Source: Podarcis liolepis
Lineage: Eukaryota
Assembly: GCA_965112155.1 (NCBI GenBank)
Contig: OZ218100.1
Reading direction: 5' to 3' (one strand)
Length of the DNA: 64,000 nucleotides
Below, in pieces: positions 12,797-24,618 of this stretch. The notes under the pieces were generated by a model. It saw only the letters and a program-made list of their open reading frames with translations, was not told where the DNA came from and did not search any database. The translations under genes and the position numbers were made by a program. The first letter of the stretch is position 1. Each line of letters starts with the position of its first letter.

Positions 12797-12965
12797 GGGA
12801 AGGAACATAGCTCAGTGCTCTGCATGCAGAAGGTCAATGGTTCAATCCAGGCATCTTGAGGGGCTGGAAGAAACCCTGCCTGAAACCCTGGAGAGCTGCC
12901 ACTAATGAGTGTTGACAATACTGGGCCAGATGGACCAATGGCCTGAAATGGTAAGACTTCGCATG
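12797..12965 (+). mobile_element. Squam2-like SINE
   Basis: A box TAGCTCAGTG, B box GGTTCAATCC, body cctgcctgaaaccctggagagctgcc...agatggaccaatgg. Homologous to other copies in the window. Confidence 0.75.
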
Positions 12966-15900
12966 AGCAGAGATTTTTGCCCCCAGTTCATTGTTGAGGC
13001 AAAGGATAAATGAGCCACAAGAAAAGAAGAAAACACTGGACAAAAACTCATTTTGTCCCCAGCATAACGGAATGAAGCAATTTTGGATCTTGCATATCAC
13101 TAACGTAGACAAGGACTGGTAGTTTCAGAGTTCAGTTTGCTGTAAAACAAGTATTTTATCCAGCTGGGAATTGACTTGTGAAAGCTCCTTTGCTACTTAT
13201 AGTTTGCATGCAGAGTCGATGGAATTGTTAATTAATATTTTGTTATTCGGGAGTGTCATGTGCCAATAGCTGGGCATGACTTTTGAAAGATGGAACGGGA
13301 ATGAATGGAAATGGTAAGAATTCTTTGCCACTACCCATCCCTGCTAGAAGCACTGAATAACACTAGAGTTCATGTATGCATTGGATCGCAGCTGCCCCAC
13401 ATCTCTGATCCAAACTGATAACTGATTTCAGCAAGAGCTTACATGCAAAGAATATCTGTAATAGAGGCTGTCTGCGTGGCAAGTGCATCTGGGTATATGA
13501 TATGTGGGCATCAACTTTGTGGTTCTTGTAGCACTATAACAAGGTATGAAAGAGTTTCAAGGTACTATTTAAAAGTATTCTTGTCCTGAACCATAGACCC
13601 AAAGGTATGCCCAAGAAGGATGTCAAAGATGCCAGAGTGATCCTTTCTAGAGCTTTATTAAGAAAGCTGTAGAGTTATGCCAGGTCCCATAGCCTTTTGC
13701 ACATGTGGAACAGACACCGGAGCAAGGAGATGGCTTGTCCGCAACCAAGCAAATGTGTATACAATCTTTATACACAAAACGGCATATGTCATGTTGCCTG
13801 CGACTTTCCATCGCTTCACCTGCCCAGATAAGGGCATAGGTGGCAAATACCCAAGTCTTACAGATACTTTCCCGTTCTGCGCTCAGAGCCCAGCACCCCA
13901 AACCTACAGATAAGGATAACATCAAAGCAAGCCAAGTGAATATAAGCATATATGAGCTCATTGCTACAACCACTGCCAATTAATTGTGGGGTTATCTTCA
14001 CCACCAAGATGAACAGTTCACCCATGGTTCAACACAATTCTACAACAAGACAGAGGGAAAAATACAAGTCTTCAAGCAGATCTACCAGCATCATTTTACC
14101 AAAAAAAATCTCATTTCATTTCAGAACCAGTTAGCTGATTAAATGTGTGACTTACTACCAAACTGATAATACTGTTATTCATGGGTGATTTTATTTCAAC
14201 TTTCAGTAATCAATGGAGTTTGCTTAAAATTTGCATATATTTCTGGGACATTGGTCTGTTTCTATACAGACCTGCATTCTCCCATTTGGCTGGTTTCGAA
14301 AATGACCACACATTGTTACATAATGGTGAGGGTTTTTAAAACTATAAATATCTCACAATGGGTTCAGTCCCAAGTGTAAGTGGCATCTGAATTCTGATCC
14401 TGCAACCAAAATGTTGGCTATGAGAACACAACAAATCTAAAAATGCACCAATTTTATGATTTCCATGAGAGACTGGGGAGCATATTATATTTATCAGATG
14501 AAAACCCCAGAGACCATCCACCTCAGATTTCATTAAACAGCTAAAGGTATACAAATGTACAGCATCATTTTTTTCAGATTATATGTTAATGATCACTAAA
14601 GCTGGCAAGGTGCTTTCATGCACTTTGTGTGCCATCATAATCAATCATCTTTATTTTAGAGTTTCCATGATAAACCAGCAATATCCATCTGTGAAGTAGA
14701 GAACTGGGTGCCTTTATAACAGGGATGCTGTTGAGATTTTGTTTGTTTTTTGTTTTGAATTTAACCAAGTCAAGAAAAAGCTCAGAAAATCTTCCCTCAG
14801 GGTTAAATAGTGGAAGATCGCTATCACAAATATATCAAATCCTTTATTCATCAAGATTTTTTTTAAAAAAGTTCTGAAAAATGTTTTACCCGCATATTTG
14901 AGAAGGAAAGTGATTGATATCTCAAAGCCCCCCCCACCCCATATATGTCACAGATGGAATCTAACTGGATGGTGGAAACGATAATGGAGCTTGTCACAAC
15001 TTGGTCATGGGTTCAAATCTAGTTTAATCATTTCTGATTTACAACTGCAAAGTGGCTTATGTGAAATGAATTCACTGCACAGCTATAGTTAGTATAGTTC
15101 CTAAAGCATATGGGTTCATGCCAGAAGTAGCAACTTTATCAACACTGTAGTGAGAATGAGGACCAAACTAGCTTTTTCACTCTAGAGATGGTGAACATTA
15201 TGAGGAAGTCTGTTTCTGATGATAAAGGGAGCCATTCAGCCACAGACTTCTCCAGCCATTGGAATCCCACATAAACTCTTGCCAATGGAAAGGGATGCCA
15301 TTTTTGCCAATCCCCTCTCCAACTTCTAGCCTTCTGTGCCCCTGAAAACCTGCTCTGGATGGTTAGGGGATCCCCCAGAACAGCAAGAAATTGTATGGGG
15401 TCTGCAGAAGGGAGGGCCCCTTCTGCTCCCCTTCCTCAAGAGCATATCCTGGATCAAAGGCTCTCATAATCACAGTATTCCTTCTGTTGACGCGTGGGAC
15501 AATTTTGGTTCTAACCCACAATATCGTTATTATTTTTATACTACCATAATACTATGCTTAATACCAATACATTAGTACAAAATTGCTGAAGGTCACTATT
15601 TCTTATACCCAATAGACAATGCCCATCAGATAACATGTTGCATTATGGAAGATAGGATTTTGTCTGTCTATACAACTATACAGCATTTTTGTATAACATT
15701 AATATGCTGGCATGCTATTAGAACCAATTTAATTGCTGTAGAATTTATCAAATCAGATCCAGCATTCTATTAGCAGACAAGGTTTTCCACCCTAACTTTG
15801 GTAGATCCTTTAAGAACTAGTACATGAAGGATAGACAATTATCACCACATCTTGAAAAACATACTTTGAACAGTTCCCACTGGGACCACTGACATTTCTT

Positions 15901-17855
15901 GTTGTTTGAAGTTAATTACTAGCATGATCTCTGACAAACAATAAAGCAACTTCACTTTCGTAAAAACACAATTTAATAGGATAATTCATCTTACTCAGAC
16001 TGTAGAAGAAGAAGAAAAGAATCTGGTTGCAAGCAACAAACCAGACTATAAGAGCTGTGATTTGGCACTAAAGATATGAGGGAGGGAACATCACTGATGC
16101 TTATAGTAAACAGAGTGCAAATTCTTGCGATTTCTCTATAAGGGAAGTTGGAAGTAGACTATCTAGACACACCACCACACATTTAATGCCGAACTACAGC
16201 ACCCACAGAAGAGCCCAGTCTACTAGAGCATGGAGAACAGGGGCAAGGAGATAATTTGGTTGCTTGTTGTGACAGGTTTCCAAAAATACATACAGTAAGT
16301 GTTTGTAGGCAATTGGTTTTACTACAGCACTGACACTGGGCTATATTCCGTGGATCAGTTTCAGGTGACATTGCCCAGGGATGTGGACAAAATGCTTTGA
16401 GAATTTTGACCAATCATATGTGTGCTGGATCTCTGAGTTCTCACCACAGTGGAGGACGGTTCATAAGCCCAAGATTCAGTACTGCACTCAACCGGAAAGA
16501 CAACCTAGGCATTTGGGTCACATATGAACAAGTCTGATGACATTGTTCAATTATCTTATGTAGGAAATTATAAACACAAATAAATTATAAGGCTTTTTAA
16601 AATGGCAACTAAAAATGAAATTTGGTCATATGAACTTGATAAAGATGCATTTTGTCTGTTAGCTTGAAGATTAATGTTAAGTTTGGAAGTCATCTCAGCA
16701 AGACTAAAATAGCCCAAAGATGCTCTCCGCAAGATCCTATCAGACACAGCATGCACTTAGGTCAGAGAAGCTGCTTCTAGCCACCAGCTCCTGGAACATC
16801 ATCAGTCTTCACTTTAGTAACAACATGTGAATCCCTTGAAACACTGTAGTATTATGAGCCTGCCACAACTCTTAACTTGTCTTAAAAGCTCCTGTGTGAC
16901 AGCCACTCTTTCATGTTGATTTGTGTTAAAATGCTATTATATATCAATTCACTGCATTTTTTGTACAAAAAAAAGGTGAGGGTGAAACCAAGTATGGATT
17001 TTCCTTGAATCTATCCAGACACAATATTCTAATATCTGCTTCTATACAGCCAACTTGCCTTACAAGCACCCACAGAAGTCTCCATTTCCAGTTACATTCC
17101 AAGACTGGCAATAGTATTTCTTTGCTGAAAATACAAACCTCTGTTATGATTGACCCAAAAGCTGAGTGGCTCATAATCAAGTATGAAGTGAGCATTATGA
17201 CCCCTCAGTTACCTCCTCACTCCTAGACAGCGGATTGCCTTCAGATCCTTCATTTATGAACCTCACGTTCTGCTTATCTTGCTGCTGCTCCAGAGACAGA
17301 ACCGAGCAAGATAGGGAAGTCTTCCCTTTTCTCTTCTTCCCAGTACCTGGCACTTGGCACTGCTTTGATGGTAAGCCATGGATTCCCAGGTGGAGGCAAA
17401 CAGGTGAGTGAGTGGAAGAGAAGAGAATGACAGAGGAAGCATAACTTTTTTGGCTTCCTGTAATGTCGCTGGGTATGATGGAATCTGATCTGGCTCATAA
17501 CTGGACTGGGGAGAAGATATATTCTGCTTTCTCTCATTCACTCACTCTCTCTCTCTCACACACACACAGAATATTTTGGTTTAACAGAGCACAATTAAAA
17601 AGTGGGGAATGTGTTTTACCCATCAGTATGTTCTGAACAAACATGGTGTAGAAATGTAACATGTCAAAATGTTACGTTCCTGTTAATTTAGTAAATTTTG
17701 CCCACGGATCTCAAAGTACAGAATCAACCCATAGCTGTGTGGAATGTAGGCCTCCATGCCATCGCAGGCTGTGGCCATCACAGTTAATGGCAGCAAGTGG
17801 AGAGTTAGTGAGCTGTAAGAGTAACAGAGACTGGCTGCATCAGTAGGTTCTAAAG

Positions 17856-18016
17856 CAGGGGTGCCCAAACTTTTTTCAAAGAGGGCCAGATTTGATGAAG
17901 TGAACATGCGTGAGAGCCGACCAAAGTTGTTGAGCTTTTTTATAGGATTTCGCCCCAAGAAATGAACTGCTGCAGGGGCCAGATTAGGCCCCCAAAATGG
18001 ACTTTGGACATGCCTG
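17856..18016. mobile_element. hAT-Charlie-type MITE, 161 bp
   Basis: TIRs CAGGGGTGCCCAAA / TTTGGACATGCCTG with a perfect 8-bp TSD ttctaaag (17848-17855, 18017-18024). Confidence 0.9.
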
Positions 18017-18697
18017 TTCTAAAGTAATTGATCATTTTCCTTGCCTTTAGGGCTATATTTATTGTCATTATCATGAAGCTGACTTTAATATTCTTTGAAT
18101 TTAAATTTGAAATCAGGAAACTTTAGGAGCCTTGAAAGGGCTGGATAAAAAGATTTAAAATAAATAGATTTTCGCAAGAGTGTAAGGAAGGTTCTTTCAG
18201 AGACCATTTAAAATGTTACCTACATTCTAACCCTTAAAAATGAAGCACGGGGTTGAATTTCTCAGCAAAAAAAGAGAGAAAAAGATGAAACGCTATTGCT
18301 TGAAAGTTCTCTGTGTGCAATCGTATGCAATAACTTCAAATGATCCTTTTGTTGTGACGAAGGTTATTTTGCCTCAGGTGTCTAGATGTCAACAGTTATG
18401 ACACCTGTTGAAGATTAGCAGGGCAAGCAGACAGAAAAGAGGATGAGAGAGGTGAAGTGAGTTCAACACTCCAGGCTTCTCAGGTAGTAGGCTAAAGATT
18501 TTGCTATAGCATCTTCAGCTTTCTATTTCCAAGACATCTGTCAAATAAGACTTCCACAGAATATATTTAAGGAAATGCAAAAGGCAATTAAAATAATAAA
18601 AAAAGGGAGTGTGGCTACCAAGGCTACAAAATGACTGCCTATCTTCGGAGCTCTTCAGCCTCTCGGAGGGAAGAAACCCTCATTGGATACCATAATC

Positions 18698-20193
18698 CAG
18701 TGTTTCCCAACCTTTTTTGGGCAAAGGCACACTTGTTTCATGAAAAAAATCTCGAGGCACACCACCATGCCAGATGGGGAAAGGTTACTTTTTACTTATG
18801 TAAAAAAAAAATAAAAAAATAGTAACAGCATAGAAGGTAATGGTTATCTCTTTGATGTCTGATGGGAGGGCATTCCACAGGGCGGGCGCCACTACCGAGA
18901 AGGCCCTCTGCCTGGTTCCCTGTAACCTCACTTTTCACAGTGAGGGAATTGCCAGAAGGCCCTTGGCACTGGATCTCAGTGTCTGGGCTGAACGATGGTG
19001 GCGGAGACGCTACTTCAGGTATACTGGACCGAAACCGCTTAGGGCTTTAAAGGTCAGCACCAACACTTTGAATTGTGCTCGGAAAGGTACTGGGAGCCAA
19101 TGTAGGTCTTTCAAGACTGTCGTTACGTGGTCTCGGCGGCAGGTAGCAGCGCTCACAGCTTACGGACTGCACCGTGTAACAGGTGTCTGGCCCAGCAGCC
19201 TAAGGCGGACAAGCCACTGAAACAGGCATTCAGAATCCATTCATTTCATAAAACCTGCAGGGCTCAATCTCTGTGTTTGTGTATGTGTGTGTTTCTGTTT
19301 TGCCCAAGGGTCTGGGGGTGGGAGAGAGCTCTTTAGCATGATGCTTTTAAAACAATTAAATTATCAACAAACAAACCTGATGATACGAATAGCAACGTCA
19401 GGTGCTACCGGGGGGGGGGGAGAAGGGGGCCTACTCGGAAGTAAATACTGCGTCCAGGCGCAATTAGCGCTGATTTAAGGTGCACCAAGACTGCCTAAAA
19501 ACCTCACCAAAGATATGCAACAAAGCGCTTCGTTGCAGAGGGGAGAGTTTGTGCACCGTGGAGGCTGGAGGGCTTCTATTCTACATGCGGGGGTTGGGGG
19601 GGCGAGGAAAATGTGCTCCGTGGGGGGGGGGCGGGGAAGGCAAGAAAAGGAGCTGAGCTCTAACTATAGGCTCCCACGCTTGAGCAGGCCCGACTCGGTG
19701 GGGCGGACCACCCTCTCTCCTGGAGGAGGAGGAGGAAGAGGAGGAGGAGATTCCCATCCACGGCGTGGCCTCCCGCGCTCCTGAACGGGAAATCTCTGCA
19801 GCCCAAGACTCTCCGCGAGGCAGGTCCTCCCTTCCTGCCTTGAGCCGCCGCCAGCCGCGCCCCCCTCCCCAGTTATCTGCTGCCTGCCAAGCCCCGCCCC
19901 TCTTCATTGTCCTCCCCTTCTGTTTATTCCCCTTCCTCCATCCCTCACTTTTTTCCCTCTCTTTCCTTTTTTTTTTAAAAAAAATTCTCTTCCCCTTCTT
20001 TTTTTCCACCCTTTCTTTTTTCTCTTTCTCCCCCCCCCCTCCCCGCCCTCCTGGGTTAAAGGATTTGAGCAATGGGTCTGGAGGTGGAGCTCGTCGGAGG
20101 ATTAGCCCGACTCGCCCGCCTCCCTCCCACGGCACACTAGGCAACGTCCGGCGGCACACTAGTGTGCCGCGGAACACCGATTGGGAAACACTG
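18698..20193. mobile_element. Non-autonomous hAT element, 1,496 bp, with heterogeneous internal cargo
   Basis: Perfect 13-bp TIRs CAGTGTTTCCCAA / TTGGGAAACACTG and a perfect 8-bp TSD ccataatc (18690-18697, 20194-20201). Subterminal GGCACAC repeats at both ends. Confidence 0.9.
18832..19140 (-). mobile_element. L2 LINE ORF2 3' fragment inside the hAT element
   Basis: Closely similar to the L2 copy at ~48940-49120 (ctgatgggagggcattccacagggc...ggccctctgcctggttccctgta). It lacks the L2 terminal repeat tail. Confidence 0.85.
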
Positions 20194-23141
20194 CCATAAT
20201 CTGCACACTGAATCAAACAACAGGTAGTTACTTAAGGAATGCACCTGGCCTCTCAAGAGATGAAGAAAGTGCTTTAATAACCTATTCCAGGCCCATAGGG
20301 AGGGAGAACCTAGTGGTTGTATATAAATGCAGATGGACAACATGGCACCCAGGCCCCAGAAAACACCAACATGCTCACAGTGAGTGAAGTCAGCATAAGC
20401 AAGGAGCAGGTCTCCCGATTTCAAGCAAAAAAATATTGGGTTTTGGAAAAGAACTAGAAGATACTGCTAACATAAGCCTCCAAGGCCTTGGATGTAGGCA
20501 GAAGAAATTCAGCTGTTAAAAAGGAAACATGGCATAATGGAATAATAGACTCCCACAGCAAATAGCAAAGCTGCAGATCCTAAAGACAGAAATTTTCTGG
20601 ACCCCCACTACCTCACTCTGGCTGCTTCGTAGCCCAGTGAACTCCAGTTCAAAAATACCCACCTTTCTATTTGACTAAGTGCTCATCCACATCTCCATTT
20701 GTCCCATGTTTCCTTCCATTTGTCTTGTGATTTCTGGCTCAGGTCCAAGAGGATTTTCTTTTGTCTCGCTGCTTTTCCTGGGAAGAGCCACTGTTTACTA
20801 CTGTCTAGCCGCAGAAAACCCGATGGAAATCATGGGACAATTCAAACCAAAAAACTGCAACAACACTGTTTATCGGTCTCTTCCATTTAAACTTTCCAAA
20901 AGCAGGGAAGAGAGATCTCCAGCCATTATCCCCCATTCAAGGAACATCAGGAAATCAATGTGGCGCCTCGGCACACATGATGCATGGAAACATCCAAAGT
21001 CTGTAAGAGGACTGGATACTAAACAGAACTTTAAAAAATAATAAACAAATTTTAATATTGTTTTATTTGTCTTTCCTGCCACACACACATATATGCACAA
21101 TAAAATAATGACCAGAGCTATTGTCAAAAGTATCACTAGTACTTAAATGAGTTATTCCAGCATCCCAGCATCAAGGAGGACCAAAATAACAAACAAACTA
21201 CACTTCCCTTAGGGTCAAACTTCCTTTGTCCCTAATGTAAATGTTAGCCAGATTAGATTAGGAGCTCTCTTTAAAAAACCACTTGCCTCCCATGGGTTTT
21301 CTATCAGTATTTTGCTGCTGATAAGCACTTCAATATCTTTCATTTGTAAATGAGGGACATCTGATGGTGCTTTGCGATATGAGATTTCTATCTAGACTAT
21401 GTACATTCACTGACCAATGAAAGGCACTTCCTATAGACTTAATGTTCCTGATATCATATCGTACAATCTGAATTAAGAAAAGGATTACCACTGTACAATG
21501 TGAATTGTACAACATCAATGATTTATTTTAAATGAGACTAATTAGACATTTCTGTGAAGATATGTAAGCTTGCCAGCAGCTTCAAATGATCCTTTGGGAA
21601 CCTGAAAAAAGAATACCCTTGTTAAAGGCTGAGGCACTAATGCCTACTGGGTAATTTTTATTTGTTCTCTACAGAATTCCCTCTTCCTTTCATTGACAAA
21701 TGCTTACAATTCCCTTTGCCCCCTTGGCAGCTGATGTGAATGGTTTGTCAAATGGAGTGAAATGAGTAGGCCAGGCAGAAAATAGAAAGACCAATGACAG
21801 GAAAAATCAGCAGCCAGAGTCATATGGTGCAAATTGTATAAAAACAGAGTGTGCTCTACAAGGAATTTCTCCAAAATTGCTAGTTGCCTTATGTAGAAGC
21901 TGCAGTGCAAATGACAGATTTAAGTATTTTGGTCTCAAAATGTTTATATTGTGGATTCTTAGCTTGAGATGTACAGCATGGTGCTATAATCTCACAAGAT
22001 ATCTGTAATTTCCTGGTTTGGTACCAACAAAGTAACAAAACGTGGGCATCAAACGTGAGAATGTTGTTTTCCAGGCAGTAATGGACTACCATAAATTACT
22101 TTGCTTGATCAGAGGACCTCTATCCTATGTGAAAGCTGATAAATTCAAGCCAGCTTTCGTGAGTGCCTCATCACTGCTCAATAGAGATGAGCCACACAGA
22201 AATTTTCTATTCTGCTGAGAATCTATACCCAGTACAGCCAAGATTTTCATGAGACAGTTACGTACAATAAAATTCTGCAGTATGTATCTTTTCAAAAAGA
22301 AAATTTGCTTTAAACTGCATCTGATTTCCCCCACTCAATTAATAAAACCCTTCTAACTGTGGTTGGTTAAAACTAGCCAGCATCAAAACATGTTTGAGAG
22401 TCATCTAACCACTTCTAGAACCATAATTCCCCAAACCTATTTAAATGTTGTGGGCAATCATAGATACTGTGTCCCCAGCCATCAATGTACATCCAGGGAC
22501 ATTTGTGGGACAATTTACATCCAGGGACATCTAGTGCACAGTACTGTGTGAGCTAATTCTAAAGAGTATTCAACTAGTTTTGGAGTTTGAATCACATTTG
22601 GATCCACTCAGGATAGGCTTTCATTAATGAGCACTCACACTTTACACTGCGGGTGCCCTTTGCGGAATCGCGCGCGGTGCTACAGTTCCCAGGGAGCTTA
22701 CTGGCAAACAGGGGCTGGCTTGCCTCTCAGTGTTAATTTTTGGAGGTTCACGCTCAGCCTCAGTAATCAGGTTTCTTGCTGGGAGGTGGGGACAGCCCTA
22801 TTTATAAATAGGGGGTGGAGTCGACAATAGCCAGGCAGTCGGCTCTGGAGATTCACCCTCCCTACCACCCCCCTTTATTTAATGTTTCTTGTTTGCAGGT
22901 TAACTTTTTCTTCCTGTTTAGCAGGCGTTGCTACGGTCTTTGACTGGTTGCTGTTGAAGGACCGAGAAATTTTCCTGCATTGGCAGGTTTTGTCTTCCCC
23001 ATAGCAATTCATCACAACTGTGGCGGTTATGGCCTTGGGTGGAATCCTTTAGTCTTTTCTTGCCTTTTGGAGGGGCATGAAGTCGTGACTCACCCCCCTG
23101 TGGAGGCAATTCTAGGGTCCCCCTCTTAAAGGGGTTATATA

Positions 23142-23298
23142 CAGTGGTACCTCGGGTTAAGAACTTAATTCGTTCTGGATGTCCATTCTTAACCTGAAAC
23201 TGTTCTTAACCTGAAGCACCACTTTAGCTAATGGGGCCTCCCGCCGCCACCGTGCTGCCGCCACACAATTTCTGTTCTCATCCTGAAGCAAAGTTCTT
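23142..23298 (-). mobile_element. Tigger-like MITE (same family as 330-571), inverted, interrupted and truncated
   Basis: TA + CAGTGGTACCTCGGGTTAAG TIR; reverse complement of the 3' part of 330-571. It resumes only briefly at 25661-25681, and the second TIR is missing. Confidence 0.88.
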
Positions 23299-23329
23299 TT
23301 TTTAAAAAAATATTTTTTATTAGCTGACC

Positions 23330-23369
23330 AATCAAATCAAATCAAATCAAATCAAATCAAATCAAATCA
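23330..23369. repeat. (AATCA)n pentanucleotide microsatellite in the retroposon 3' end
   Basis: Direct reading. Copy 2 has only ~caaatcaaacaaa at the matching position. Confidence 0.93.
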
Positions 23370-23385
23370 CATAAATTCCGAATTA

Positions 23386-24618
23386 CCATAATTTTCGCTC
23401 CAAAACACACACTTTTTTGCTCCTAGAAAGTAAGGGAAAATGCCTGTGCGTGTTACGGAGCGAATGCACGGATTGGAGCCATGGCTGCCGTCAGTCAAGC
23501 AAAGTGGGAGCCGCTTACACGCTCTACAAGGCTCTCACTTTGCTTGCTTTAAAGCGACCTGGAGCAGGGGAGGGAAGGAGAGCCATGGCAGCAAAGCCGG
23601 CAGCAGCCGCTTACACGGGAGGAGGGACAGACGCTAAGCAAAAGTCCGCACGCTCTCTAAACAGAGCAATGAGGCTGCAGAGGGACTGCAGGAAAGATAA
23701 AATTAAAGCAACCAGCAGCAAAATAAAACCAACCTCGAGCTCTGAGCCAGCGCAGTGAAAACCAGGAAGTAAAAAAAAAAGGCTGGGGAGGGCATGAGGG
23801 AGAGGGGAAAACTTCGCAAATCCCTGCGTCTCAGCTGATCGGCTGGGACGGAGCAGCTTGTTTTCAGGCAGGATAGATTTGAGCATTGTCTGGGTCCTAG
23901 TGCCCCTACCACTTTTTTGTGCTCCATTCTATTGCTGCTGGTGGCTGCTTATCGTTCAGCATGCAAGGAGGAGCGCTTTTACACAGCTAATGGCGAATCC
24001 CCTGCAATCCAAGTCCTCCTCACTTGCTCAAATCTATTCTGCCTCAAAACAAGGAGCGGAAGGAAAAGGCTGCAAACTGTTAAATGGAAAAAAACCCCAG
24101 GCACAGGGCAAATACCTTAAGTATACCTTTAAAGCAACAGTGCTCTTTTCCTCTCTCCTCCCCACTCAGCTCGCGGAAAAGCTCCTTCTCCACACCCCCC
24201 ACGCGTGCTCCTTGTCCCTTGAGTTCTTTTCCTTCCCTCCCCACTTAAAATGTGGTTACAAAGCACGGATCCACATGGATCCTCAGGATTTTTGCACTGG
24301 GTCACCCCAAATTCACCATCAGATCACATAGCATTTCCATGGCTACAGCATGCACCAAAAAACACACCCACACCCACTGTTTCATGGGGCCGCAATGGCG
24401 CAAAAACGTGGTTACAAAGCATGGATGCACATGGATCCTCAGGATTTTTGCATTGAGCTACCCCAAACTCACTGTCAGATCACATGTCTGTGGCCACAGC
24501 ATGAACCATAAAAATCATACATCCACTGTTTCGTTTAGAATATTTTTTCCTTGTTTTCCTCCTCTAAAAACTACGTGCGTGTTATGGTCAGATGTGTGTT
24601 ATAGAGCAAAAAATACGG
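23386..24618. mobile_element. Tc2(Kanga)-like non-autonomous element, 1,233 bp, nested in the retroposon
   Basis: TIRs CCATAATTTTCGCTCCAAAACACACAC / GTGTGTTATAGAGCAAAAAATACGG with TA TSDs (23384-23385, 24619-24620). The empty site (aattacacagccgaatttt) is visible in copy 2 at ~27170. Internal ~156-bp-period duplication at 24252-24485. Confidence 0.9.

Noticed and set aside
13647-13979. 110-aa Cys-containing minus-strand ORF as a possible Parkin exon or nested gene
   Set aside because: No similarity to Parkin exons 10-12 or any protein I recognise, and no convincing splice signals.
19515-20216. Longest ORFs in the window (211 aa minus, 144 aa plus)
   Set aside because: Low-complexity translations of GC-rich and purine/pyrimidine tracts inside a hAT element, with no domain or exon structure.
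22488-22531. Short direct repeats (tacatccagggacat x2; also acaacaaataatatac x2 at ~62309-62345)
   Set aside because: Consistent with ordinary micro-duplications, with nothing to suggest function.
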